Assembly (NCBI GenBank): GCA_017549205.1
Contig: JAFYVH010000014.1
Span: 27,437-91,436 of the forward strand
Direction: 5' to 3'
Length of the DNA stretch: 64,000 nucleotides
Source of the DNA: Clostridia bacterium
GTDB taxonomy: Bacteria; Bacillota; Clostridia; UBA1381; UBA9506
This document shows positions 1-9,695 of this stretch, piece by piece. The notes beneath the pieces were generated by a model. The model was not told the DNA's origin, did not search any database, and was given only the letters and a program-made list of their open reading frames with translations. The position numbers and the translations under genes are program-made. The first letter of the stretch is position 1; each line of letters begins with the position of its first letter.

Positions 1-110
1 TCTCCTGCCTCTCCATTAAAGCAACCACCACAGAAAAAATGGGATTTGAGGGGCGTAAGGAAGGCATTAGTTGTCATGCTGTTTGTTTGCTGAAAAATTT
101 GTCATAAACC

Positions 111-139
111 TTGCTATTTACACAGATATTTGATATAAT
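111..139 (+). promoter_or_regulatory. sigma-A type promoter upstream of cysE
   Basis: TTGCTA (111-116), 17-nt spacer, TATAAT (134-139) with TG at 131-132 (extended -10). It lies about 70 nt upstream of the cysE ATG. Confidence 0.6.
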
Positions 140-208
140 ATAAGGGCTCGTGACTAAACAACACGACCTGTGTGATTGTTTTCACACGAAAATCAGGAGG
201 ACTCGCCT

Positions 209-847
209 ATGTTTAATCATATAATAAGCGATATTCGCTCCATTCGGGAACGGGACCCCGCAGCCAGAAATAACTGGGAAGTTTTCTTTATGTATTCCGG
301 TTTTCATGCTGTTTGTTGGCATCGCTTAGCCCATTGGCTTTATAAAAAACGCAGATTCGGCCTTGCCCGTTTTATTTCACAGGCAAATCGCTTTATGACC
401 GGTATTGAAATCCATCCGGGCGCCACCATTGGTCGCGGTCTTTTTATTGACCACGGTATGGGCGTGGTGATTGGCGAAACAACCATCATTGGCGATAATT
501 GTACGCTGTATCAGGGTGTAACCTTAGGCGGTACCGGTAAAGAAAGCGGCAAGCGTCACCCCACCTTAGGCAATAATGTTATGGTTGGCAGCGGTGCTAA
601 GATATTAGGACCATTTAAAGTTGGCGATAACTCTAAAATTGCTGCAGGTGCCGTTGTCCTTAACGAAGTGCCTGCCAATTCCACCTGTGTGGGTGTTCCG
701 GCCCGCATTGTTAAAATTAACAATGAACGGGTCTGCGATTTGGACCAAATCCACATTCCCGACCCCGTTTCTCAGGAGCTGTGTCGGTTGCAGGCTCGCC
801 TGGCACGATTAGAAAAGAAGTTGGAAGAAAGCGAAAAATCAGAATAA
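209..847 (+). CDS. cysE: serine O-acetyltransferase
   Basis: Hexapeptide-repeat left-handed beta-helix region (GIEIHPGATIGRGLFIDHGMGVVIGETTIIGDNCTLYQGVTLGG) typical of CysE. Start moved from ORF-track 176 to ATG 209, which has AGGAGG at 195-200 with an 8-nt spacer. Confidence 0.9.
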   Translation: MFNHIISDIRSIRERDPAARNNWEVFFMYSGFHAVCWHRLAHWLYKKRRFGLARFISQANRFMTGIEIHPGATIGRGLFIDHGMGVVIGETTIIGDNCTLYQGVTLGGTGKESGKRHPTLGNNVMVGSGAKILGPFKVGDNSKIAAGAVVLNEVPANSTCVGVPARIVKINNERVCDLDQIHIPDPVSQELCRLQARLARLEKKLEESEKSE

Positions 848-881
848 TTTTTTATAGACTATAAAAAGGATGGTATTTCAG

Positions 882-2294
882 ATGAAGCTATATAACACCA
901 TGACCCGTAAAAAAGAAGAATTTATACCCTTAGTGCCCGGAGAAGTTAAAATGTATTCCTGCGGACCTACCGTGTATAACTTTTTTCATATTGGCAACGC
1001 TCGGCCTTTCATTATTTTTGATACCTTGCGTCGCTATTTTGAGTTTTCAGGCTATGATGTTAAATTCGTTCAGAATTTCACCGATATTGATGATAAAATG
1101 ATTAAAAACGCTAACGAGCAGGGCGTGACCGTCCGTGAGCTTGCTGACCGTTTTATTGATGAATACTTTAAAGATGCTAAAGGCTTATCCATTCGCGAGG
1201 CTACGGTTCATCCCCGCGCAACCGATAACATTGATGCCATCATCGAAACCATTAAAGCCTTGATTGATAAAGGCTATGCCTACGAGGCTGAAGGCGATGT
1301 TTATTTTGAGACCGCCCGTTTTGCTGAATATGGCAAGCTCTCCGGCCAGCCTTTAGAAGATTTGGCTGCCGGTGCCCGCATCGGCGTTGATGAGCGCAAG
1401 AAAAACCCCATGGACTTTGCTCTGTGGAAAAACAAAAAAGAGGGCGAACCGGCTTGGTCAAGTCCCTGGGGCGAAGGCAGACCCGGTTGGCATATTGAGT
1501 GCTCTGCCATGGTTAACCGCTATTTAGGCGAAACCATTGACATTCATTCCGGTGGCCAGGATTTAATCTTCCCCCACCACGAAAACGAAATTGCGCAAAG
1601 CGAATGTGCCAACGGCAAGCCCTTTGCTCGTTATTGGATACACAATGGCTACATTAATGTCAATAACGAGAAAATGGCAAAATCAAAAGGTAATTTCTTT
1701 ACCGTTCGTGATGTTGCTAAAAAATATGATTATGAAGTGATTCGTTTCTTCATGCTCAGCGCACACTATCGCAGCGCTATTAACTTCTCCGATGAATTGT
1801 TGCGCCAGTCCCAGACAGGTCTTGAGCGCTTATATACCTGCTTGTATAACTTAGAATTTATTCAGGCAAAAGCACAGAAAAAAGCCCTCACCCCTGAAGA
1901 CGAGGCATTTTTAGCAAAGCTGGATGAATTTAAAGCTCGGTTCTGCGCTGCAATGGACGACGATTTAAACACCGCCGATGCCATTGCTGCCATCTTTGAA
2001 CTAGCTCGCTTTATTAACTCCGGTCTCACTTCAGAAAGTCCTTTGGGGCTGATTAATGCTGCCATTGAAAAGTTAAAAGAGCTAGGCGGTGTTCTGGGTA
2101 TTTTGTATAAAGAGCAGGCAGACACCGTAAGTGACGATGTAAAGGCGCTTTTGGAAAAACGCAAAGAAGCCCGCGAAAACAAAGACTGGGCTCTTTCTGA
2201 CCAGTTGCGTGATGAACTCAAGGCTTTAGGCGTTGAGGTTTTAGATACCCGTCAGGGCATGAAACTGAACATTAAGAGGCAGGCAGATGAATAA
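882..2294 (+). CDS. cysS: cysteine--tRNA ligase
   Basis: Class I aaRS signatures FHIGNARP (HIGH) and KMAKSKGN (KMSKS). Conserved N-terminus MKLYNT. Follows cysE as in the Bacillus cysE-cysS-mrnC arrangement. Confidence 0.93.
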   Translation: MKLYNTMTRKKEEFIPLVPGEVKMYSCGPTVYNFFHIGNARPFIIFDTLRRYFEFSGYDVKFVQNFTDIDDKMIKNANEQGVTVRELADRFIDEYFKDAKGLSIREATVHPRATDNIDAIIETIKALIDKGYAYEAEGDVYFETARFAEYGKLSGQPLEDLAAGARIGVDERKKNPMDFALWKNKKEGEPAWSSPWGEGRPGWHIECSAMVNRYLGETIDIHSGGQDLIFPHHENEIAQSECANGKPFARYWIHNGYINVNNEKMAKSKGNFFTVRDVAKKYDYEVIRFFMLSAHYRSAINFSDELLRQSQTGLERLYTCLYNLEFIQAKAQKKALTPEDEAFLAKLDEFKARFCAAMDDDLNTADAIAAIFELARFINSGLTSESPLGLINAAIEKLKELGGVLGILYKEQADTVSDDVKALLEKRKEARENKDWALSDQLRDELKALGVEVLDTRQGMKLNIKRQADE

Positions 2295-2700
2295 GAACTA
2301 TCCTCCCGCTTTAGATGTTATAGCCGCAAAAAACTTTTCTCCCTTAGCTTTAGCCTTTATCGGTGATGCGGTTTATGAAGAATTCATTCGCACCAAGGTT
2401 TTGCTTCGGGCTAACACCTCTGCTAACAAGTTGCATCGTGAGGCTGTGCATTATGTAAAAGCTGCGGCTCAAAGTGCAGCGGTGAATGCGTTGCTTCCCG
2501 AACTTTCAGAGGAGGAAGAGGCTATCTTTAAACGGGGTCGCAATGCCCATTCCCCCTCTGTGCCTAAAAACGCGAATGTGACAGAATATCGTGCTGCCAC
2601 CGGCTTTGAGGCTCTTTTGGGCTTTCTGCATCTATCCTGCCAAAAGGACAGGCTTTTGTACTTGATGGAAAAAGCCTACGAACACATCAGTAACAATTAA
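2287..2700 (+). CDS. mrnC: Mini-ribonuclease 3 (Mini-III)
   Basis: 137 aa with [16 protein letters not shown] and GRN..S..PKN motifs of the Mini-III family. Overlaps the cysS stop by 8 nt. Confidence 0.85.
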   Translation: MNKNYPPALDVIAAKNFSPLALAFIGDAVYEEFIRTKVLLRANTSANKLHREAVHYVKAAAQSAAVNALLPELSEEEEAIFKRGRNAHSPSVPKNANVTEYRAATGFEALLGFLHLSCQKDRLLYLMEKAYEHISNN

Positions 2701-2801
2701 AACCATATGACGTTTTTTGTTTATTATCTTTTTTCGGTAATGCCTTACCGAAAGAGGTTTTAAAGACATTATGATAAATTATTTTGAAAGGGGCGAAAAA
2801 T

Positions 2802-3650
2802 GTGGATAAGAAGAGAGTGAAAGAGCTGAAAATCATCGCTAATAAGATTCGTAAAAACGCTCTTACTGCTGTATACAGCGCTTCATCCGGCCATCCGGGT
2901 GGTTCTTTATCCATTGCGGACATTTTGTCTGTACTGTACTTTGAGGTCATGAATGTTGACCCCAAAAATCCGAAGATGGAGGATCGTGACCGTTTTGTTC
3001 TTTCTAAAGGTCATTGCTCTCCGGCACTTTACGGTGCTTTAGCTGAACGAGGTTTCTTCCCCGTTGAAGATTGTACAACTTTCCGTAAAGTAGATAGCTA
3101 CCTGCAGGGGCATCCCGATATGAAGGGTGTTCCCGGTGTGGATATGTCTACCGGCTCTTTGGGTCAGGGTATTTGCGCAGCTAACGGCATGGCACTGGCA
3201 GGTAAAATTGATAATAAAGATTATCGTGTTTACTCTGTTTTGGGTGATGGCGAATTAGAAGAAGGTCAGGTTTGGGAGGCCGCTATGTTTGCCGCTCATT
3301 ACAAATTAGATAATTTAACTGCTTTTGTTGATTTTAATGGTTTGCAGATTGATGGTGACATCGAAAAAGTTATGTCTCCCCTGCCCATTGATGAAAAATT
3401 CAAGGCATTTAACTGGCATGTTATTGTGACCGATGCCCACGACCCCGAAAAGCTCTATGATGCCATTTGTGAAGCAAAATCCGTTAAGGGCAAGCCCACT
3501 GCTATCATTATGAAGAGCGTTAAAGGTAAAGGTGTTTCCTTTATGGAAAACCAGGCCGGCTGGCATGGTACTGCTCCCAACGAAGAGCAATATAACCAGG
3601 CAATCAGCGAACTGGATGCACAGATTAAAGAATTGGAGGTAGAAGCATAA
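2802..3650 (+). CDS. transketolase, N-terminal (TPP-binding) subunit
   Basis: SSGHPGGSLS and GDGELEEGQVWEA TPP-binding motifs. Likely GTG start at 2802 (AAAGGGG RBS at 2787-2793) rather than TTG 2784. Confidence 0.9.
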   Translation: MDKKRVKELKIIANKIRKNALTAVYSASSGHPGGSLSIADILSVLYFEVMNVDPKNPKMEDRDRFVLSKGHCSPALYGALAERGFFPVEDCTTFRKVDSYLQGHPDMKGVPGVDMSTGSLGQGICAANGMALAGKIDNKDYRVYSVLGDGELEEGQVWEAAMFAAHYKLDNLTAFVDFNGLQIDGDIEKVMSPLPIDEKFKAFNWHVIVTDAHDPEKLYDAICEAKSVKGKPTAIIMKSVKGKGVSFMENQAGWHGTAPNEEQYNQAISELDAQIKELEVEA

Positions 3651-4588
3651 TGGGTAAAATTGCAACAAGAGAAGCTTACGGTTTGGCTTTAGCAGAATTT
3701 GGCGAAAAATATGACCTGATTGTGTTAGATGCTGACCTCTCCAAATCGACTAAAACCGATACATTTAAGAAAAAATTCCCCGAGCGTTTCTTTAATGCAG
3801 GCATTGCAGAAGCCAGCATGATGACAACCGCAGCAGGTCTTGCTGCTTGCGGCAAAATTGTTTTTGCAAGCTCCTTTGCCATGTTTGCTGCCGGTCGTGC
3901 CTTTGAGCAAATCAGAAACTCAATCGGCTACCCTAACTTAAATGTAAAAATTGGCGCAACACATGCCGGCATTTCTGTTGGTGAAGACGGTGCAAGCCAT
4001 CAGTGCTTGGAAGATATCGGTATTATGCGCACAATCCCCAATATGACCATTATCAATCCCGCCGATGCAACAGAGTCCATTTTAGCTGTTGAAGCAGCTA
4101 TTAAACATCAAGGTCCTGTTTATCTGCGTTTTGGCCGTTTGGCTGTTCCTGAACTGTTTGACCGCGCTACATATAAGTTTGAGCTTGGCAAAGGCGTTGA
4201 ACTTGAAGCCGGCACCGATGTAACCTTGGTTGCTACCGGTTTAATGGTTCCCGAAGCATTAGAGGCTAAAAAGATTTTGGCTGAATCCGGCGTGAATGCC
4301 CGCGTTATTAACATTCACACCATCAAGCCTATTGATAAGGATATTTTAATTAAAGCTGCAAAAGAAACCGGTGCTATTGTTACCGCTGAAGAGCATAATG
4401 TTATCGGTGGTTTAGGCAGTGCTGTTGCAGAAGTCCTCTGCGAAAACTATCCTGTTCCCATGCGTCGTGTTGGCACACAAGATAAGTTTGGCAAATCCGG
4501 CAAACCGGCTGCCCTCTTAGAAGAATATGGTTTAACCGCTGCTAACATTGCTGCACAGGCTATGGAAGTTATCAAACTGAAAAAATAA
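3650..4588 (+). CDS. transketolase, C-terminal (pyrimidine-binding) subunit
   Basis: GIAEASMMTTAAGLA and GEDGASHQ motifs. The ATG overlaps the stop of the N-terminal subunit by 1 nt (split transketolase). Confidence 0.9.
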   Translation: MGKIATREAYGLALAEFGEKYDLIVLDADLSKSTKTDTFKKKFPERFFNAGIAEASMMTTAAGLAACGKIVFASSFAMFAAGRAFEQIRNSIGYPNLNVKIGATHAGISVGEDGASHQCLEDIGIMRTIPNMTIINPADATESILAVEAAIKHQGPVYLRFGRLAVPELFDRATYKFELGKGVELEAGTDVTLVATGLMVPEALEAKKILAESGVNARVINIHTIKPIDKDILIKAAKETGAIVTAEEHNVIGGLGSAVAEVLCENYPVPMRRVGTQDKFGKSGKPAALLEEYGLTAANIAAQAMEVIKLKK

Positions 4589-4607
4589 AAACAGTTTCGG
4601 CATCACA

Positions 4608-4653
4608 AAAGGGCTTTAAGAACATTTTACATGTTTCTTAAAGCCCTTTTTTT
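4608..4653. terminator. bidirectional rho-independent terminator between tkt and spoVT
   Basis: Stem AAAGGGCTTTAAGAACA / TGTTTCTTAAAGCCCTTT, then a T-run on + and an A-run upstream (a T-run on -). Lies between convergent genes. Confidence 0.8.
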
Positions 4654-4659
4654 CGTCTG

Positions 4660-5205
4660 TTATTGCTCCATGTGTCTGCCTAAAAACCCTGCTGCTGATT
4701 GCGCCAATTTTTCTTCAACCTCGCCCATTTGCGGCGTTGACTCATTAGAGAAAAACACAACCGAACCAATGGTGTCTCCCTCCGAAATAATCGGGACAAC
4801 CACGCCGGCGGTATATTTTTCGCTGTCTTCTAAAAGATTCATTTTCTTATGGTCGCCGCCCCGCATAATAAAGGTTGTTTTTTCTTCCATAATCTTTTCA
4901 ATATCGGGGCTGATTCTTTTTTCAGATAGCTCCCGTTTGGGCACGCCTGAAACTGCAATAACATTATCCTTATCGGTTATGCAGGTGGGATGTCCGCTGG
5001 TTTTTGAAAGACTTTCTGCATATTCCAGCGCAAAGTCACCTAACTCACCAATGGGTGAATATTTTTTAAAAATAACCTCGCCGTCTCTGTCTGTGTATAT
5101 TTCTAAGGGGTCCCCTTCTCTGATTCTCATGGTTCTGCGGATTTCTTTTGGAATTACAACGCGGCCTAAGTCGTCAATGCGTCTTACAATGCCTGTGGCT
5201 TTCAT
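4660..5205 (-). CDS. spoVT: stage V sporulation protein T (AbrB-family regulator with GAF-like C-domain)
   Basis: N-terminal swapped-hairpin motif GIVRRIDDLGRVVIPKEIRRTMRIREGDPLEIY plus a ~130-aa C-terminal domain, 181 aa in total as in SpoVT. Start set at MKATGIV (GGAG upstream) instead of ORF-track 5241. Confidence 0.88.
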   Translation of the reverse strand: MKATGIVRRIDDLGRVVIPKEIRRTMRIREGDPLEIYTDRDGEVIFKKYSPIGELGDFALEYAESLSKTSGHPTCITDKDNVIAVSGVPKRELSEKRISPDIEKIMEEKTTFIMRGGDHKKMNLLEDSEKYTAGVVVPIISEGDTIGSVVFFSNESTPQMGEVEEKLAQSAAGFLGRHMEQ

Positions 5206-5310
5206 ATAATAAAAAAACTCCTTCTTTGCTAATGTTTGCAAATGTTATTGTTAGCAAAAAAGGAGTTTTTATGTAATTTTTTTAAGACGCAAAGAAATTA
5301 TTTTTGCTCA

Positions 5311-6600
5311 TTAAATGTATTTTTGGCAACTCTCTTTGTAAACAGTCAAATTATATAACGATCCCACACAAAAGACACCCTGTTCGTTTTTTCGCATTGT
5401 AAACGTCTTCTTAACTGCCCGGTCAGGATTTTCCTCTATCACGTAAGGAATTTGCAACCCTTGTGCAAATGTCAACAAATCTTCTTTTGTAGCAGAACGA
5501 GGATTGTTAACTGTTGTCAGCACCAGACCTTCGCACACTTTTGATAACATTTTGAGGCATTCGGCAACATTTTTGTCCCGCAGCATCCCCACCACACCGA
5601 TAAAGGACTGTCCGGGGTAAGTCTTTTTCAAAGACTTGACAAAGGCCTTTACGCCATTTTGGTTGTGGGCTCCATCTAAAATTACAGGCGGTTTGTGAGA
5701 AATAATCTCAAACCGACCTAACCACTTACAATTTGCTAAACCCTGATAAACCGCGTCATCTGCAATGAGGGCACCTTGCTCCTTTAAAACATCAACGGCT
5801 TTGAGCGTTGTCAGTGCATTATAGATTTGATGTTCTCCGCAAAGAGAGAGAAAAACATCGTTATATGCTCCATATGAAAACCGGCTGCCTGAAGATGTGC
5901 TTTCCTTTATTATAAGCTCGCTCACATCTGCCACATGTTTCGCAGAGCCTTTGGCTTTTATCTCATCAGAAATTGTCTGCAGGACTTCTGCTTCTTGCTT
6001 TGGATAAACCACAACCGGCTTTCCGTTCCTTAAAATGCCACACTTATTTTTTGTGATTTTAGAAAGAGTTTTGCCTAAAAATCCGGTATGGTCATAATCG
6101 ATTCGCGTCAAAACAGATAAAATTGTATCATGGTTTACATTGGTTGCATCAAGCGAGCCACCCATGCCGCATTCAATGACGGCATAATCACAGCACTGTC
6201 GTGCAAAAACCCAATAGGCCGCCCCAGTCATAATTTCAAATTCCGTGGGAAAAAGTGCATTTTGCCTCTCTATCATTTCGGCACTTTTACGGGCATCGGT
6301 AAGCGCTTGCGCCAACATATCTTTGCTTATCTCTTCACCATTTAACCGAATCATTTCTGTTATGTTGTATATGGCAGGCGAAGAAAAAAAACCTACCCGA
6401 TAACCAGCTGCAGATAGCACAGCAGATAGCATGCTGCCCACAGAACCTTTGCCGTTTGTCCCTGCAATGTGAATCACCTTAAGGCTCTGCTCCGGATTGC
6501 TCATGTGTTTGAGCAAGGCCTGAATAGTTGCAAGACCCGGGCGACTTCCCAAAAATTTACGGCTGTTTAAATATAACAATGCTTCATCATATGTCATCAA
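5311..6600 (-). CDS. folC: folylpolyglutamate synthase / dihydrofolate synthase
   Basis: Mur-ligase family P-loop HIAGTNGKGS. Length and overall pattern are typical of FolC. Confidence 0.88.
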   Translation of the reverse strand: MMTYDEALLYLNSRKFLGSRPGLATIQALLKHMSNPEQSLKVIHIAGTNGKGSVGSMLSAVLSAAGYRVGFFSSPAIYNITEMIRLNGEEISKDMLAQALTDARKSAEMIERQNALFPTEFEIMTGAAYWVFARQCCDYAVIECGMGGSLDATNVNHDTILSVLTRIDYDHTGFLGKTLSKITKNKCGILRNGKPVVVYPKQEAEVLQTISDEIKAKGSAKHVADVSELIIKESTSSGSRFSYGAYNDVFLSLCGEHQIYNALTTLKAVDVLKEQGALIADDAVYQGLANCKWLGRFEIISHKPPVILDGAHNQNGVKAFVKSLKKTYPGQSFIGVVGMLRDKNVAECLKMLSKVCEGLVLTTVNNPRSATKEDLLTFAQGLQIPYVIEENPDRAVKKTFTMRKNEQGVFCVGSLYNLTVYKESCQKYI

Positions 6601-6676
6601 AATCCCTGCCCCTTATAAAAAGAATATCCTCTTTTCGCCATCAAACGCAAAGAGGATATACAAACAGCATCATAAC

Positions 6677-7138
6677 TTATTGTTTCTTTTTTAAAATACG
6701 CAAAAACCCTTGCGCAACCAAAATGCCAAAAAAAGCACCAAAAGTATCAATCAAAACATCATAAAGACGACAACCACGCCCCTCTACAAAAAGCTGATGC
6801 GCCTCATCTGATATGGCATACAAACAGCAAATACTTAAGGAACGAATTATAGCCTTTATGCCTCCTGCACCATATGTTTTGTGTAAACCATAAACCAATA
6901 ACCCTAAAACACCATATAAGCTAAAATGAGCCATTTTGCGAACAATAACATGCAGCCAAAAAACCACTTGCTGTTGCACATCAGGGGATAGGTTCTTAAT
7001 AACGGGCAACACCTTTAGCAGTTGCTCCAAAACCGATGAACTCATAGCCGCAGAGCTTTCTGCCGGTTGAGAGGATAACAAAAATATAAGCATCGTCCAC
7101 GCTAAAGTGGCCACCCAGAGAAAACATTTTTTATACAT
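6677..7138 (-). CDS. VanZ-like membrane protein
   Basis: Four hydrophobic segments with KMAHFSLYGVLG and AISDEAHQLFVEGR, characteristic of the VanZ family. Start set at ATG 7138 (GGAGA RBS, 6-nt spacer). The ORF-track start 7333 would overlap the upstream phosphatase gene. Confidence 0.75.
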   Translation of the reverse strand: MYKKCFLWVATLAWTMLIFLLSSQPAESSAAMSSSVLEQLLKVLPVIKNLSPDVQQQVVFWLHVIVRKMAHFSLYGVLGLLVYGLHKTYGAGGIKAIIRSLSICCLYAISDEAHQLFVEGRGCRLYDVLIDTFGAFFGILVAQGFLRILKKKQ

Positions 7139-7190
7139 ATCATTCTCCATACAACCCGCGCTATTTAATCCAATAATATGTATTTTAGAA

Positions 7191-7913
7191 TTAATCAAGT
7201 TTTCGTCCCACCGGCTGATTTTGCAAAATCCGGTCTGCATTTTCCATGAGCTTTTCAAATAAATTGCCCTTAAATCTACTCTGCAAAACGCGTCGTGCTG
7301 CGTTAAAATTGCAATTACGCTTCTTAAGGTCATGACAATCTGTTCCTAAAACCGTGAAAGCGTTTTGGGCCAAAAGCTTTTTGACCACTTGCCTGTCGCC
7401 AAAACGAAGCAAGGCACCTGCATTAATTTGAATCAAAGCGTCTCTTTCCAGCATTTTATGAAAATATCGTATTTGAGCAGAACCGGGAATATACCGGTCT
7501 AAATGTGCAATAATGGGTTTAATTCCATGACGACTCTCTAAAAGGTCAAGTTCATCATAAAACCAATCGTTCCAATAGGTAAACGGCATTTCTATCAACA
7601 TATAGTCTGTGTTTTCAATGCATAGCTTTCTCACATTCTGACGCTCAGACAAGCCGCAATAAAGCTCTACCTCTGCACCAAGAATAATCTCCGGAAAATC
7701 CTCTCCACCGGATTCCATCACTTGTTGCAAGGCTTTTTCTCTTTTTTCGACAAAAGCCCGATAGGATTGATGCTTGTAACAGTGTGGTGTTGCAACCACC
7801 ACATCAACACCTTGTTGTTTTTGTGAACAAAGGAGTTTTCTTGCTGTTTCGACATCTGCTGCCCCATCGTCTATTCCTGGCAAAATATGAGTATGAAAAT
7901 CAACTGTACGCAT
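7191..7913 (-). CDS. protein-tyrosine phosphatase, PHP-family (CpsB/YwqE type)
   Basis: N-terminal metal motif DFHTHILPGIDDG plus downstream ATPH and TDCH histidine motifs. Start ATG 7913 follows GAGGTG. Confidence 0.85.
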   Translation of the reverse strand: MRTVDFHTHILPGIDDGAADVETARKLLCSQKQQGVDVVVATPHCYKHQSYRAFVEKREKALQQVMESGGEDFPEIILGAEVELYCGLSERQNVRKLCIENTDYMLIEMPFTYWNDWFYDELDLLESRHGIKPIIAHLDRYIPGSAQIRYFHKMLERDALIQINAGALLRFGDRQVVKKLLAQNAFTVLGTDCHDLKKRNCNFNAARRVLQSRFKGNLFEKLMENADRILQNQPVGRKLD

Positions 7914-7963
7914 CTTCAGCACCTCACATAATATGATGATTGCTGCGGCTCAGCTTTGTTTGG

Positions 7964-8803
7964 TTAAACCGTTTTTTCCTTTACTGTTTCTTCTGCCTTA
8001 TGATTGTGACCATAACCATAGTGACCTTTGTAATGATAGGTATAGGTATAATTAAAATTATACTGAGAACTGTAATGGTATTTATAACGATTATATGTGT
8101 AGCCCCTTAGTTCCGCAGAGCTGTTAAGGAAATAACCTAAAATTCTTGCTTTGCTAAATTCCAAAGAAGCAATCGCCCGACGCAGTGAATCAGAATCCGT
8201 CTGATTCTGCTTAACAACAACCACAACACCCGTCATTAAAGGAGCAAGCGACACAGGATCGGTTACCACATTAATCGGTGGTGAATCCATAAAAATATAA
8301 TCATATTCTTTTGAGAATACATCTAAAAGTTCCTTCATTGCCGGCAACATGAGAAGCTCTGAAGGATTAGGCGGAATTGCTCCACCTGTAATACAATCTA
8401 AGTTGTGTTCTGTCTTTTGCACAATTTCACGAATGTCTTTAAATCCACCAAGATACTCCGAAATACCGAATTCGTTCTGTAAATTCAAATACTTGTGCAG
8501 TTTCGGGCGACGCAAGTCTGCTTCGATAATCAAAACTTTTGCACCTGTTTGAGCAAAGGTGATAGCCATATTAATCGATGTAGTGGATTTACCTTCGCTG
8601 GGCATGGCGCTGGTGAATAAAACGCGCTTGCAACCTTCTTCATTGGTCAAGGTATACATCAAATTGGTTCTGGCTGCTTTATATGCCTCTAACACGCTAA
8701 AGTGTGTATCGTCAGCAATAATGTTGGAGCTGATATCCTTTTCCTCGGCCTTTTTTTCAATTTTCTTTTGTAAACATTTATTTCTAATTTTATTTATGAG
8801 CAT
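7964..8803 (-). CDS. bacterial tyrosine autokinase (BY-kinase catalytic protein, CpsD/PtkA type)
   Basis: Walker A SAMPSEGKSTTSINMA, Walker A' VLIIEADLRRP, Walker B YIFMDSPP, and a C-terminal tyrosine cluster. The start overlaps the 3' end of the Wzz gene by 14 nt, with GAGGTG inside that gene. Confidence 0.9.
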   Translation of the reverse strand: MLINKIRNKCLQKKIEKKAEEKDISSNIIADDTHFSVLEAYKAARTNLMYTLTNEEGCKRVLFTSAMPSEGKSTTSINMAITFAQTGAKVLIIEADLRRPKLHKYLNLQNEFGISEYLGGFKDIREIVQKTEHNLDCITGGAIPPNPSELLMLPAMKELLDVFSKEYDYIFMDSPPINVVTDPVSLAPLMTGVVVVVKQNQTDSDSLRRAIASLEFSKARILGYFLNSSAELRGYTYNRYKYHYSSQYNFNYTYTYHYKGHYGYGHNHKAEETVKEKTV

Positions 8804-9497
8804 TCTTTTTCACCTCAGCATGAATATATTCAATATCCGGAATAACACCTAACAAGGGTAATTCTTTTATATCCATCAAGTCTGTTTCAATTTTGATTCG
8901 TGTATCAAATGTGTCAATTAAGAAAATGAAGAACATACTCAAAAATATGCCAGCAACAAAACCTAAAAATGTATAGCGGAGAACATTGGGTGAAGAAGGA
9001 TTCTGTGAAAAAGTTGCATAATCAACTATTTTAACATTACCACCGCCAACAATACGAATAATTTCATCAGATGCATCTTCTAAAATGGAATCAACCATAT
9101 TCTGTGAAAGCTTTGGATTATGAGAACGAACCTTAATCTCAATAATTTCTGTTTCGTTCTTAGGTTCCATTGAAATCATGCCTCTTATTTCTGTAGTTGA
9201 ATAAGGCAGCTCCAAATCTTCGGCAATTTGTTCAATGAATGTATCAGATTTTAATAGTTCTATGCAGGTAAAGGCCAACTGTTGTGATGTGGCAAGGTCA
9301 GCTAAGTTAACATTTGGATTACTCTGAAAAGTATTATTGTTAACATACAAAGAACCACGAGATGTATATGTGGGTGTGACAAACCAAGCTGTAACTCCAA
9401 AAGCCAGCATGGCTCCCACTACGGCAACAATCACAATGCGCCACCAGTGAAACAAAAACAATTTAACAAGTTCTACAACACTAATCTGTCCGTTCAA
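8790..9497 (-). CDS. Wzz/CpsC-type chain-length determinant / BY-kinase transmembrane activator
   Basis: TM - periplasmic-type loop - TM topology (WWRIVIVAVVGAMLAFGV ... GFVAGIFLSMFFIFLI), lying directly upstream of the kinase. TTG start with a GGGAG RBS. Confidence 0.8.
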   Translation of the reverse strand: MNGQISVVELVKLFLFHWWRIVIVAVVGAMLAFGVTAWFVTPTYTSRGSLYVNNNTFQSNPNVNLADLATSQQLAFTCIELLKSDTFIEQIAEDLELPYSTTEIRGMISMEPKNETEIIEIKVRSHNPKLSQNMVDSILEDASDEIIRIVGGGNVKIVDYATFSQNPSSPNVLRYTFLGFVAGIFLSMFFIFLIDTFDTRIKIETDLMDIKELPLLGVIPDIEYIHAEVKKNAHK

Positions 9498-9695
9498 TGA
9501 TATCGCTCCCTATATTTTTATTCTTATGCTTTGTATAATTTAATATATTTTGACCTTTTTCACAGCTATAGCACCCTCATATCATAAGTACACAATATTA
9601 AAAAAGCTAAATTCCATTTCATTGTAGCATAAATTACAACTTTTTGCAATCATTTTTGCAATATTTATTGAAAAATTCCACAGGAATTTTTTTCA

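Noticed and set aside
1-208. Looked for a T-box leader upstream of cysE-cysS, as known in Bacillus.
   Set aside because: With the promoter at 111-139, only about 65 nt of leader remain. That is too short for a T-box (about 200 nt or more), and I could not find a T-box consensus (AATTAGGGTGGNACCGCG-like). There is only a short possible hairpin.
4631-5209. 192-aa + strand ORF.
   Set aside because: It is entirely antisense to the well-supported spoVT gene. The composition is low-complexity and Ser/Pro-rich, and there is no RBS. It is a shadow ORF.
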